A stretch of DNA of 64,000 nt, taken from the NCBI GenBank assembly GCA_029262795.1, contig JAJCYT010000018.1, forward strand, positions 195,762 through 259,761, in the 5' to 3' direction. A model generated the notes under the pieces. The model made no database searches. It saw only the letters and a list, made by a program, of their open reading frames with translations, and was not told the origin of the DNA. A program made the translations under genes and the position numbers. Below are positions 38,676-49,112 of the stretch, piece after piece. Position 1 is the first letter of the stretch. Each line of letters begins with the position of its first letter. The stretch comes from Candidatus Fraserbacteria bacterium (GTDB taxonomy: Bacteria; Bipolaricaulota; Bipolaricaulia; RBG-16-55-9; JAJCYT01).

Positions 38676-41600
38676 ATGAACAGACAAGATACCGATCATA
38701 CATTTTTTACTAACGATAAAAATCAGACACTTCTAGACAGATTTAAATCAACATTAATAGACACAGAGTTTTTTGATATGCTCGTTGGCTATTTTAGATC
38801 TAGTGGATTTCATCAACTTCATGAAAGTATTGGCTCTATTTCAAAAACGCGAATACTTGTTGGCTTAAGCATTGACGCCAAAACTTACTATGCAATTAAT
38901 ACAACTGGAAAACAACCCATGCTTGAATTTGAGTCGCATAGATATGCCAAGTCGGAATTTCAAAGAAAACTCATAGATGAAGTTGAAAACTCTGAAGATT
39001 CGGATGAAAACCTGGAGCTAGGCCTAAAAAAATTCATTGAGTTTCTGCAAACAAATTGCCCCGATTACAACAATGATCTTGAAAAGGATGGAAATGGGAA
39101 GAAACTTGAAATTCGTGTTTTTCCCTCACGAAACATTCATGCCAAAGTATATATTGGCAGGTTTTTTCCTGATGATAGAGATTATGGCTTCGTCATAACA
39201 GGATCAAGCAACTTTTCTTATCGAGGTCTAGTTGCCAACCGTGAATTTAATGTGGAGCTTCGCCAAAGGCAGGATGTGCAATATGCTCTAGATCAGTTTG
39301 AAGAACTTTGGACACAAGCTGTTGATGTTTCTGAAGATTTTGTTGAAACAACCAAGAATAAAACATGGCTTAACGATACAATTTCTCCATACGAACTCTA
39401 CTTGAAATTAATTTACGAATATATGCAGGAAGATATTAATCTTAAGGATGATATGGAGATTTTTCTTCCAGACAGATTTTTACTACTAAAGTACCAACAG
39501 CAGGCTGTTCAACAAGCATTAAAAAAGCTTAACGAGCATAAAGGTGTCTTCCTTGCAGATGTCGTAGGGCTTGGTAAAACTTTTATCACCGCGCAACTGT
39601 TGCAGCAAATCAGAGGTAGAATACTAGTTATTTGCCCCCCCACATTAAAGGGATATTGGGAAGAAAGCCTACACGATTTTCGTGTTCCTGCACGGGTCGA
39701 ATCTCTAGGGAAACTTGAAAAGGTTATTAACTTTGGTTTGAATCGCTTTGATTATATAGTTGTCGATGAGGCTCATCGATTTCGTAATGAAGCAACCCGT
39801 TCATATGCTGATCTACTTGATATTTGTCGAGATAAGAAAGTTATTCTTGTGACTGCAACACCTATTAACAATAAAATTGATGATTTATTTTCTCAACTCA
39901 AGCTTTTTCAGGTACCTAAAAATTCTACTATTCCAGGAATTCCTAACCTGGAAAGGTTTTTTGCATCCTTACGTAAGCGTTTTAAGGGGATTGATCGTAC
40001 AGATCCAAATTATAAGCTCATTACAAAAGAAGTTTCACATGAAATTCGTGAGCGTATTTTAAAACATGTGATGGTTAGAAGAACTCGCACTGACGTTTTG
40101 ACCTATTTTAAGGAAGACCTCATTAGCCAAAACCTTTTCTTCCCTGAATTTCAAAACCCTCGACGGATTATTTACACATTTGAAAATAAACTAGAGAAAA
40201 CCTTCAATCAAACAATCAACTTGCTCCATGAGTTTCGATATGCCAGATATATCCCTCTTCTCTATTATGCTGGTAGTAAACGTCTTTCAGAGTTTGAACT
40301 GCAACAGCAACGCAATGTTGGAGGCTTCATGAAAGGGATTTTGATTAAGCGGCTAGAAAGCAGTTTCCATGCATTCAGAAAAAGTGTTGGCCGTTTCATT
40401 GAATCTTATGAACAATTTATTGGAATGCTATCCTCTGGAACAGTTTACATTAGCAAAAATGTTGATGTGTACGACTTGATTGACAGTGATGATATTGAAA
40501 CTCTCGAAAGACTCGTTGAAGAAGAAAAAGTACAGAAATACTCTTCAAAAGATTTTCGTGAAGGGTTCATTAAGGACTTGGAGTACGATCTTGAAACTCT
40601 CAAAAAGGTTGAGTTGCTTTGGCATGACGTTGAGCAAGACCCCAAAATCGATTCTTTTGTTAATCAGCTTGTTAGCGATCCTACTTTAAAAAATAGTCGG
40701 CTTGTTATTTTTACTGAATCAAAAGAAACGGGTGATTACCTATTTGATCAACTTAATCAAAAGTTTGCTGGGAAAGTTATATTTTTCAGTAGCTTAGGAG
40801 GTCGAGTTGGGAAAGTACCTGTTACTCATAACCCAACAACTGCTCGAGAGTTGATACAAAGCGCTTTTGATCCGAATCAGAGAAAAACAAATGAAGATTT
40901 GAGAATTCTCATTTCTACTGACATTCTTTCAGAGGGGATTAACCTACATCAGGCAAATGTACTCATAAACTATGACTTACCTTGGAATCCAACTCGTGTC
41001 TTACAAAGAGCTGGACGCATCAATAGACTTGGCACAAAGCATCCTGAAATTTTTATTTACAACTTTTTTCCAACAAGTCATGCTGATACCCATTTAGGCC
41101 TTGAAGCTAACATCACCCATAAGATTCAAATGTTCCATGACATTCTTGGTGAAGATGCAAAGTACCTTTCTGATGGTGAAGAAATTGGTAGTCAAGAGTT
41201 ATTTGATAGCTTAAATAAAAAGCAAACATACACTGGAGAAGATGATGAAGGGGATTCTGAATTAATGTACCTGGAGATGATGAGGAAACTCCGAGATGAA
41301 AACCCAAAATTATTTGAGAGAATAAAAAGATTACCCAAAAAGGCTCGCTCTGGCCGTAAGGCACAAAATCTTAAGCTTGATCAACTTGTAACTTTTTTTC
41401 GCGTAGGATCTTTAAAAAAGTTTTATCTTAATGAGGGTGAACAAAGCTCTGAAATTACTTTTTTTGATGCCGCCAATTTACTCGCTTGTTCTCCAGATAC
41501 TCCTAGACATCAGATACCGCCAAACTATTATCATTTGCTAAACACGAATAAACAAAGGTTTGCAGAAGATATCTTTCAAGATGATACTCAAGTTGGAAAC

Positions 41601-41918
41601 AGAGGAGGTCAGTCTAATATTGGGTATATTGAAAAGCGTTTAAAAGACAGATCTTTTCGAAATTATCCTAAGTTTACGGATTCAGATGAAGAATTTATTT
41701 ATGGTGTAATCAGAATGATATCACAAGGGCTTATGGCGAAAAAAATTGCTCAAGCTATCAAAAAAGATCTTGAAAAAACTCTCGACCCTCTCGACATGCT
41801 GTCAATTTTATACAAACATATTCGTACTGTAGATGTAAGAAAAGAACAGGCCGATAATAAAAATGTAAAGCGTGAGATCATTCTTTCGAGTTATCAAATA
41901 GCAGATCAAAGCGATTAA
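38676..41918 (+). CDS. PLD-family (HKD) nuclease fused to SNF2/DEAD-like SF2 helicase
   Basis: HKD motif HAKVYIGRFFPDDRDYGFVITGSSNFS; helicase motifs VVGLGKTF (I), DEAHRFRN (II), QRAGRINRLG (VI). Confidence 0.8.
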   Translation: MNRQDTDHTFFTNDKNQTLLDRFKSTLIDTEFFDMLVGYFRSSGFHQLHESIGSISKTRILVGLSIDAKTYYAINTTGKQPMLEFESHRYAKSEFQRKLIDEVENSEDSDENLELGLKKFIEFLQTNCPDYNNDLEKDGNGKKLEIRVFPSRNIHAKVYIGRFFPDDRDYGFVITGSSNFSYRGLVANREFNVELRQRQDVQYALDQFEELWTQAVDVSEDFVETTKNKTWLNDTISPYELYLKLIYEYMQEDINLKDDMEIFLPDRFLLLKYQQQAVQQALKKLNEHKGVFLADVVGLGKTFITAQLLQQIRGRILVICPPTLKGYWEESLHDFRVPARVESLGKLEKVINFGLNRFDYIVVDEAHRFRNEATRSYADLLDICRDKKVILVTATPINNKIDDLFSQLKLFQVPKNSTIPGIPNLERFFASLRKRFKGIDRTDPNYKLITKEVSHEIRERILKHVMVRRTRTDVLTYFKEDLISQNLFFPEFQNPRRIIYTFENKLEKTFNQTINLLHEFRYARYIPLLYYAGSKRLSEFELQQQRNVGGFMKGILIKRLESSFHAFRKSVGRFIESYEQFIGMLSSGTVYISKNVDVYDLIDSDDIETLERLVEEEKVQKYSSKDFREGFIKDLEYDLETLKKVELLWHDVEQDPKIDSFVNQLVSDPTLKNSRLVIFTESKETGDYLFDQLNQKFAGKVIFFSSLGGRVGKVPVTHNPTTARELIQSAFDPNQRKTNEDLRILISTDILSEGINLHQANVLINYDLPWNPTRVLQRAGRINRLGTKHPEIFIYNFFPTSHADTHLGLEANITHKIQMFHDILGEDAKYLSDGEEIGSQELFDSLNKKQTYTGEDDEGDSELMYLEMMRKLRDENPKLFERIKRLPKKARSGRKAQNLKLDQLVTFFRVGSLKKFYLNEGEQSSEITFFDAANLLACSPDTPRHQIPPNYYHLLNTNKQRFAEDIFQDDTQVGNRGGQSNIGYIEKRLKDRSFRNYPKFTDSDEEFIYGVIRMISQGLMAKKIAQAIKKDLEKTLDPLDMLSILYKHIRTVDVRKEQADNKNVKREIILSSYQIADQSD

Positions 41919-41922
41919 ACTC

Positions 41923-44900
41923 ATGGATAAGAATCAAGCAAAACAAACTATCAAAAACATTTTCACACAAGCATTTGATCATGAGCAATATAAGCAGTTT
42001 TTACGTTATTTACTCAATCATTTTGAGGAACGAAATCAACATTATACTGGCAATTACATTACAGCCGCTTATAAAGATCACATCCATCAATACTGGCGCA
42101 TTGGTAAGTACGTCGACCCCAATGGGGAGGAATTAGATCTATTAGTTGTAGAAGTTAAAGATCGAAACAAACTAGAACGTGCACGCTCATCATTACGAAG
42201 TTTTGCTGTTAATCGACTTAAGCAGTTTGAGAAAGAGGCTTCCTTAATAGCCTTTTATGCCAGGGATGATGAAGGCGCTGATTGGCGTTTTTCGTTTGTA
42301 AAAATTGAACATGAAGCTTATCAGGACCCCGTAGGTAAAGTTAAACTTCGTCAAGAATTAACTCCAGCCAGACGATACTCATATTTAGTAGGAGTACATG
42401 AGAATAGTCATACCGCTAGCCAGCAATTGTTACCTATTTTAGAGATGAATTATGCTGATCCGCGTATTGATGATATAGAGTCGGCCTTTAGTATTGAAAA
42501 GGTCACTGATGAATTTTTTGATCAATACAAGCAATTATTTCAAAAATTGGCTGAACATCTCAAACATCAACATTTTTTCCAGGGCGACACCGAAACAGAA
42601 ACAAGTGGAAAAATAAGTCAATTTGCAAAAAAGTTACTGGGGCAAATTGTTTTTCTTTATTTCTTACAAAAGAAAGGATGGTTGGGTGGATCTAAAATAG
42701 GAAGCTGGGGTGAGGGTTCGAAGCGCTTTATGCGTGACCAATTTGACCAAGTGAGTCAAGAAGACAAAAATTATTACAACGATTTCTTGCAGTATCTATT
42801 CTATGAAGCTTTAGCCAATGATCGAAAAAAGCAGTCTGATCCAGGCTATTATTCTCGGTTTGATTGCAGAGTTCCCTTCCTCAATGGGGGCCTTTTTGAA
42901 GCCCCCTATGATTGGAAGAAATCAACCATTGATATTCCAAATACTATATTCCATAACAACGAAAAGAATAAAGCCGGAGATAGTGGTACCGGAATTCTTG
43001 ATGTGTTTGATAGATACAATTTTACCATTAAGGAAGATGAGCCTTTAGAAAAAGAAGTCGCCGTCGATCCTGAAATGCTCGGAAAAGTTTTTGAGAACAT
43101 GCTTGAAATTACCGAGCGCAAAAACAAAGGGGCTTTTTATACCCCACGTGAAATTGTTCACTATATGTGCCAAGAAAGCCTTATCCACTATCTGGATAAC
43201 CAAATGAACAGTTATAGTTCTGTCTATCAAGACTTAGATACAGATCAAACCAGCTTATTTGGTAATGAAGCTCGAAAAGGGCAACTGAAGCTTACACAAG
43301 AACATCAAGGAATTCGTGTTCCACGAGAAGATTTGGAAACCTTGATTCGTATGGGGCATTTTGCCTTAGAGAATGATCAACGTGTATTAAGCACAGGTAA
43401 AGAGACTCGAGATTATAAATTTCAATTGCCAGAATCAGTCCGTAAAGAAGCAGAAGCAATTGACGAAAGTCTGGCAAAAATTAAAGTTTGTGACCCAGCT
43501 ATTGGGTCAGGAGCTTTTCTTGTAGGTCTTTTGCAGGAGATCATTAATACAAGGCTCGCTCTTGCGCCTCATGTCCAAAAAAACGGCATTGGCTCTTATG
43601 AGCTTAAGCGACATGCAATTGCTGAAAGTCTTTATGGGGTTGACACTGATGCTTCAGCAATTGATATTGCTAGGCTTCGGCTTTGGTTATCCCTTATTGT
43701 GGATGAAAAAGATTATGATGAAATAGAAGCTCTACCAAATCTGGATTATAAAATTACTCAAGGAGATTCGTTGGTGGGGTTCCCCGATAACTGGAAAAGC
43801 CTATCTTTTGAACGAATTGAACTGCTTAAGGATCAATTCTTTAAAGAAACAAATTCAAATAAAAAAGTTAAATTAAAAAATGAAATTGATAATGAAATAA
43901 AAAAAAGACTAAAGGGTTCAGAAAAGATTTTTGGTTCAAAGGTAAGTTTTGACTTTCGCCTTTTCTTTTCAGAGGTTTGGCATGAAAATGGTGGCTTTGA
44001 TGTGGTCATTGGTAATCCACCTTATGTTCAGATTCAAAAGTTTAGTGGGCAATCAGTTCAACAAGATTGGGAAAAACAAAACTATGAAACTTTTGCTAAG
44101 ACTGGTGATATTTATTGTTTATTTTACGAAAAAGGATATCGCCTTCTAAGAAACAACGGAGTTCTTGTATACATAACATCAAACAAATGGATGAGAGCGA
44201 ATTATGGTGTTAAGCTGAGAACCTTTTTTCTAAAGCGTATTACGATCCATCAGCTCATTGATTTTGGCGATTCTCCAATCTTCTCTGAAGCTACAACTTA
44301 TACCAACATCATTCTTTTTGAGAAGGTAAAAATGAATGCTAGTCCTAAAGTTTGGGACTTGACCTCTAATTACCTTGAGGAAACTTCATTAACACGATTG
44401 CTTGATGAAAACAAAAAGGGAATTTCACTTTTTAATGAAAAGAGCTTTGTTATTACATCACCAAAGCTGGCTGCGATAAAGAACCAAATTGAAGAAATGG
44501 GATTACCTCTTGAAAGCTGGAAAATTGATATTTATCGAGGAATTTTGACTGGATTTAATGAAGCATTTATTATCGATAGTGAAAGAAAAGATGAACTAAT
44601 CAAGCAAGATCCTAAAAATGCTGAAATCATTAAACCAATCCTTCGTGGCCGTGACATTAAAAAGTATCAAATGGAGTTTGCTGGTTTATGGTTAATTTCA
44701 ACCTTTCCAGCATTGAATTTAAGAATTGAAGACTATCCAGCTATTCATGATTATTTAATGTCTTTTGGTAGACGACTACACCAAACTAGTGAAGTAATTG
44801 GAAAAGATGATAAAGGTAACGTGATTAAAAGTCGTAAAAAAACTGATAATGAATGGTTTGAGACTCAGGACCAAATTGCTTATTACAAAGAATTTGAAAA

Positions 44901-45483
44901 GGACAAGATTATTTATGCCGAAATTGTCTTTGATTCGGCATTTTACTATGATACATCAAGAATTTATGCAGAAGCCACGGCATTTATTATCACTGGCGAA
45001 AACACAAAGTATCTTACGGCCATGTTAAACTCACAGCTTCTTACATTTGCATTTCGTGCCTTTTATGCAGGTGGTGACTTAAGAGGCAATACGTTTCGAT
45101 ACAAAAAGGCATTTCTACAAAACTTACCTGTCACCAAAGCGGATACACATGAAAGGTTGTTGTTGGAAACGCTTGTTGGTTATGTACAAATTACTAAAGC
45201 TGCTGACCAAAAACTCCAAGCAACTTATTTTGAGCAAATAATTGATGGTCTAGTTTATGAACTCTATTTTACTGATGAGATTCAAGCTGCTGGAAAAGAA
45301 ATTTACTCTCAACTAGGGAGGTTAATTCCAGTTGAGAGCATTAAACAAGAAGAAGAAAAACTGGCGGTTATTCAGAAAGAATTTGATAGACTTTATGATC
45401 CTTATCATCCAGTTCGTAATAACATCGAAACTTTAGATAGCATCGAAGTTGTTAAAACTATACGAAATTCTTTGAAAAAATGA
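41923..45483 (+). CDS. large gamma-class N6-adenine DNA methyltransferase of type IIG/IIL (MmeI-/PglX-like) architecture
   Basis: Motif I VCDPAIGSGAFLVGL, motif IV GNPPYVQ; long C-terminal TRD-like region; N-terminal DLLVVEVKD resembles a PD-(D/E)xK core; starts 5 nt after upstream gene. Confidence 0.8.
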   Translation: MDKNQAKQTIKNIFTQAFDHEQYKQFLRYLLNHFEERNQHYTGNYITAAYKDHIHQYWRIGKYVDPNGEELDLLVVEVKDRNKLERARSSLRSFAVNRLKQFEKEASLIAFYARDDEGADWRFSFVKIEHEAYQDPVGKVKLRQELTPARRYSYLVGVHENSHTASQQLLPILEMNYADPRIDDIESAFSIEKVTDEFFDQYKQLFQKLAEHLKHQHFFQGDTETETSGKISQFAKKLLGQIVFLYFLQKKGWLGGSKIGSWGEGSKRFMRDQFDQVSQEDKNYYNDFLQYLFYEALANDRKKQSDPGYYSRFDCRVPFLNGGLFEAPYDWKKSTIDIPNTIFHNNEKNKAGDSGTGILDVFDRYNFTIKEDEPLEKEVAVDPEMLGKVFENMLEITERKNKGAFYTPREIVHYMCQESLIHYLDNQMNSYSSVYQDLDTDQTSLFGNEARKGQLKLTQEHQGIRVPREDLETLIRMGHFALENDQRVLSTGKETRDYKFQLPESVRKEAEAIDESLAKIKVCDPAIGSGAFLVGLLQEIINTRLALAPHVQKNGIGSYELKRHAIAESLYGVDTDASAIDIARLRLWLSLIVDEKDYDEIEALPNLDYKITQGDSLVGFPDNWKSLSFERIELLKDQFFKETNSNKKVKLKNEIDNEIKKRLKGSEKIFGSKVSFDFRLFFSEVWHENGGFDVVIGNPPYVQIQKFSGQSVQQDWEKQNYETFAKTGDIYCLFYEKGYRLLRNNGVLVYITSNKWMRANYGVKLRTFFLKRITIHQLIDFGDSPIFSEATTYTNIILFEKVKMNASPKVWDLTSNYLEETSLTRLLDENKKGISLFNEKSFVITSPKLAAIKNQIEEMGLPLESWKIDIYRGILTGFNEAFIIDSERKDELIKQDPKNAEIIKPILRGRDIKKYQMEFAGLWLISTFPALNLRIEDYPAIHDYLMSFGRRLHQTSEVIGKDDKGNVIKSRKKTDNEWFETQDQIAYYKEFEKDKIIYAEIVFDSAFYYDTSRIYAEATAFIITGENTKYLTAMLNSQLLTFAFRAFYAGGDLRGNTFRYKKAFLQNLPVTKADTHERLLLETLVGYVQITKAADQKLQATYFEQIIDGLVYELYFTDEIQAAGKEIYSQLGRLIPVESIKQEEEKLAVIQKEFDRLYDPYHPVRNNIETLDSIEVVKTIRNSLKK

Positions 45484-46946
45484 AAATCAAGACCATAGAA
45501 ATCAACAACTATAAGGCGTTTCTTGGCAAACATCCAATTAATGTAAATGAAAAAAACCTTTTTATTTATGGTGAAAATGGAAGTGGTAAAAGCTCCCTTT
45601 ATTTCGCATTAAAAGATTTTTTCCAGTCCTCAATGGAAGACATTGTTCTTGAGGACTTAGAAAACATATTTGTAGAAGAAAAGAATCAAGGCAAAACATC
45701 TATCGAAGTTTCATTTAAGCCCAATCCTCAAGGAGATCAAGAAGTAAAAGCCTATTTGCTTAATAATGAGCAAAATGCAACACGCGAGGAAACTGATACC
45801 AGCATCCGTGATGGGAACAAACTGAAAAGCTTTCTTACTTATAAACACCTATTAGATATTCACAACATAAAAAAGGATGAGTCAATAAATCTATTCAATT
45901 TATTGGTCAAGGGAGTATTAAAGCACTTTAAATTTTCTCTAACCAAAGGAAAAGAACTAGGTGAGTTATGGGCAGAAGTGGAGAGTAGTATTAGCCAAAA
46001 AACTGGCCGTAGTTATCCGATCAATAAAAAGAAACCAGACGTAGATGCTGCTATAAAGCTATTCAATGAAGCCTTTAAAGAATTGTTCAATGAAGAGAGC
46101 CCAGAGTATATACTTAAACATACAAAACCTATTTTAAACAAATTCAATCATAATATTGATTTAGTGCTATATTTTCCTCATGTACGGCCTAACTCAGATT
46201 ATACGAGTCTTCTTGATGTAGAAGTGAGTGTTGAACTCACTTATGCCGGTAAGAAGATTAAGAAACCACATTTATTTCTCAACGAAGCGAGGCTTTCAGC
46301 TATTGCAATTTCGATCTACCTTGGAATGATCAAACGCCACATTCAACTTATTCCATGCAAAATACTGTTTTTAGACGATATCTTTATCGGCCTTGATATT
46401 GCAAACCGTTTACCTTTATTAGAAATTTTGGAATCAGAGTTTCAGGATTATCAAATCTTTATTACCACTTATGATAAACCCTGGTTCGAATATGTACGCG
46501 GTATGCTTGAAGGCAAATCAAATTGGAAAACAATGGAATTCTATGCACAACATTGTCAAGAAGGCATAGAGATTCCCAAGATTTTTGATGGTGAAAATCT
46601 AATTAAAAAAGCTAATAAACATTTTCAACAGTCTGATTATAAGGCAGCCGCAGTCTATATTAGATCAGCATTTGAAAAGATACTACAGAAATACTGTGAA
46701 AAACACAGAATATCAATCGCATTTAAGTCTGACCCGAGAAATTATACTTCAGAAGATTTTTGGATAGCCATTAAAAGCAAATTGTCACCTCAGACTCAAA
46801 AAGAAATAGAAGCCTATCGTAATCTAGTACTAAACCCCTTTAGTCACTATAACACGAGGAAGCATGAAATAAAGACTGAATTAGAAAAAGCCATTAAAGC
46901 GGTCACGAATTTAAAAAAGAATCTGAATGATCTTGACTCGAAATAA
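45480..46946 (+). CDS. RecF/SMC-like (AAA_15/AAA_23-type) ATPase
   Basis: Walker A GENGSGKSS, Walker B/D-loop ILFLDDIFIGLD; ATGA overlap with upstream MTase gene. Confidence 0.7.
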   Translation: MKIKTIEINNYKAFLGKHPINVNEKNLFIYGENGSGKSSLYFALKDFFQSSMEDIVLEDLENIFVEEKNQGKTSIEVSFKPNPQGDQEVKAYLLNNEQNATREETDTSIRDGNKLKSFLTYKHLLDIHNIKKDESINLFNLLVKGVLKHFKFSLTKGKELGELWAEVESSISQKTGRSYPINKKKPDVDAAIKLFNEAFKELFNEESPEYILKHTKPILNKFNHNIDLVLYFPHVRPNSDYTSLLDVEVSVELTYAGKKIKKPHLFLNEARLSAIAISIYLGMIKRHIQLIPCKILFLDDIFIGLDIANRLPLLEILESEFQDYQIFITTYDKPWFEYVRGMLEGKSNWKTMEFYAQHCQEGIEIPKIFDGENLIKKANKHFQQSDYKAAAVYIRSAFEKILQKYCEKHRISIAFKSDPRNYTSEDFWIAIKSKLSPQTQKEIEAYRNLVLNPFSHYNTRKHEIKTELEKAIKAVTNLKKNLNDLDSK

Positions 46947-47000
46947 AATAGTTCTCGCGAGATATTGAGAACGCTAAATAAGACAGACTAGAGGGAGATT

Positions 47001-49112
47001 ATGGATAACCAACAACCAAAGCCTGATTCAAAGAGCTATTCGGATCTCATAACAGAAATACAAAAGGGCATATTAAAAATCCCAAAATTTCAACGTGATT
47101 TTGTATGGAGCATAGACAAAACAGCTGAACTTTTAGACAGCATTCTTAAAGGTTATCCAATTGGGACATTTATCCTATGGCAAACAGATGAAAGAATGAA
47201 TGACATCAAAAACATTGGAGATCAAAAAATCCCAGATACCCCCGAGGGGACTAAAGTTCAATATGTGCTGGATGGTCAGCAAAGAATTACTTCTCTGTAT
47301 GCAGCTTATCTTGGAGCAAAAATTCAAAAATCAGGCGAAAAGAAAATCACAGATTACAGTGAGATTTATATTGATCTGGAATCAGACATCAACAATGATG
47401 ATGAACATGTGATCACATCGGAAAAACCTCAAGGGCCATCGATTTCTTTAAGTGATGTATTAAATTTCTCAGAAAAGTATCAAGAAATCGAGGAAAAGCA
47501 CTTTGAACATCGAATGAAGATTAATGAGTATTCAAGGGCATTCATTACTTATGATTTTTCTACTATTTTATTACGAAAAGAAAGTATTAATTCTGCCATT
47601 GAAGTTTTTACCCGCATAAATACCGGAGGGCAAACTCTGACTTTGTTTGAAATTATGTCAGCCAAGACATATGACGAAGGTCAGAGTTTTGATATGCAGG
47701 AAAAATGGTCAGGGTTCATGAAAAAGCTGACTGATAAGAATTATGAGGGTATATCTAGTTCAATCATTCTTTCTTTACTTTCGTTGATCATAAGTAAAAC
47801 CAAGGAATGCAAGCGAAAAACAATTTTGAAACTTGATAAACAGGATATCATTTCAACTTGGGATGATGGTATCTCGGCATTAGAACACAGCATTGATTAT
47901 TTTCGAACCTCATTTGGAATTCCTGTTTCTCAGCTTTTGCCTTATGATTCTTTGCTAGTACCGTTCGCATATTTTTTCTACTGGACTAAGGATATGCCCA
48001 ATGCCGACCAGCGAAAATATTTAGAAGAATTTTTTTGGCGTGTTTCTCTCTCGTACAGATATTCTAGTGCCACTGAATCCAGCCTAGCACAGGATGTTAG
48101 ACGGATTGATTTGATCTTGAATAACGAACGTCCAAAATATGATGACATAAAAGTATCCTATGACGTCGAAGAGCTTATTAACACTGAGTTTGGTGCTGGA
48201 AACAGTTATTGTAAAGCTATTTTATGTTTACTGGCCTACCAAGAACCAAAAGATTTCCAAGATAACCGAAAAGTTATCTTGGATAATTCATGGCTGAAAG
48301 CCGCCAATAGTAAAAACTATCACCATTTCTTTCCAAAAGCTTATTTGAAAAAGCAAAAAGTAATTAATGCTAATAGCTTGATAAATATCACATTTGTCAG
48401 TGAACATCTCAACAAGCGAAAGATAAGAGCCAGCGCCCCTTCAGTGTATATTGCCAGGTTTGCTGAAGAAAATGAAAAAATCTCCCAAGCCATGGCCTCA
48501 CATTTGATCGACGTGGAAGGTTTTGGGATTGAAAGCGATGATTACGATATCTTCCTAAAGAAACGAGCCGAACGAATCTCAAATGAATTAAGAAGACGAT
48601 TAGAGCTTTCAAAGCCAGATAAACCAAGCTCTGAAATACATGAGCTTATTTCAAATGGTGAAAGTGACCATGTTGAATTCAAATCTACACTCCGCTTTGA
48701 CCTAAATAAAGGCCAAGTCAACAAAAAATTAGAATATGTGGTAGCCAAGACGGTAGCAGCATTTATGAATACAGAAGGAGGCTGTTTGCTAATTGGTGTT
48801 GATGATGATCAAACCATTTTAGGTTTGGATAATGATATCCAAACGCTTTCTAAGAAAAATCTAGATGGATTTGAACTTCAATTAATTGAGGTTATTAAAA
48901 AGTATATTGGAACTGAAGTCAGTTCACACATTAAGATCTCCTTTAATGAAGTCGAAGGCTCCCATATTTGCAAGATAAATATTTCGAAAAGTAGTACGCC
49001 TATCTTCACAAAATTTGAAGGTCAAGAAGATTTCTTTGTAAGAGTTGGATGTTCCTCACAACCACTCAGTCGAGAAAAACAAAGTCAATATGAAAAACAA
49101 CGATGGAGATAA
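47001..49112 (+). CDS. DUF262/DUF1524 (GmrSD-like type IV restriction-type nuclease) fused to C-terminal AlbA_2 (Schlafen-like) domain
   Basis: DUF262 motifs FQRDFVW and VLDGQQRITSL; DUF1524/HNH-like region HHFFPKAY...ITFVSEHLNKRK; C-terminal SDHVEFKST...FMNTEGGCLLIGVDDD. Confidence 0.75.
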   Translation: MDNQQPKPDSKSYSDLITEIQKGILKIPKFQRDFVWSIDKTAELLDSILKGYPIGTFILWQTDERMNDIKNIGDQKIPDTPEGTKVQYVLDGQQRITSLYAAYLGAKIQKSGEKKITDYSEIYIDLESDINNDDEHVITSEKPQGPSISLSDVLNFSEKYQEIEEKHFEHRMKINEYSRAFITYDFSTILLRKESINSAIEVFTRINTGGQTLTLFEIMSAKTYDEGQSFDMQEKWSGFMKKLTDKNYEGISSSIILSLLSLIISKTKECKRKTILKLDKQDIISTWDDGISALEHSIDYFRTSFGIPVSQLLPYDSLLVPFAYFFYWTKDMPNADQRKYLEEFFWRVSLSYRYSSATESSLAQDVRRIDLILNNERPKYDDIKVSYDVEELINTEFGAGNSYCKAILCLLAYQEPKDFQDNRKVILDNSWLKAANSKNYHHFFPKAYLKKQKVINANSLINITFVSEHLNKRKIRASAPSVYIARFAEENEKISQAMASHLIDVEGFGIESDDYDIFLKKRAERISNELRRRLELSKPDKPSSEIHELISNGESDHVEFKSTLRFDLNKGQVNKKLEYVVAKTVAAFMNTEGGCLLIGVDDDQTILGLDNDIQTLSKKNLDGFELQLIEVIKKYIGTEVSSHIKISFNEVEGSHICKINISKSSTPIFTKFEGQEDFFVRVGCSSQPLSREKQSQYEKQRWR

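Noticed and set aside
38676-49112. Assignment of the four-gene operon to BREX or DISARM
   Set aside because: BREX hallmarks PglZ/BrxC/BrxL and DISARM hallmarks DrmA/DrmB (DUF1998) are not present anywhere in the window. Only partial component similarity exists, so a known-system label was not applied.
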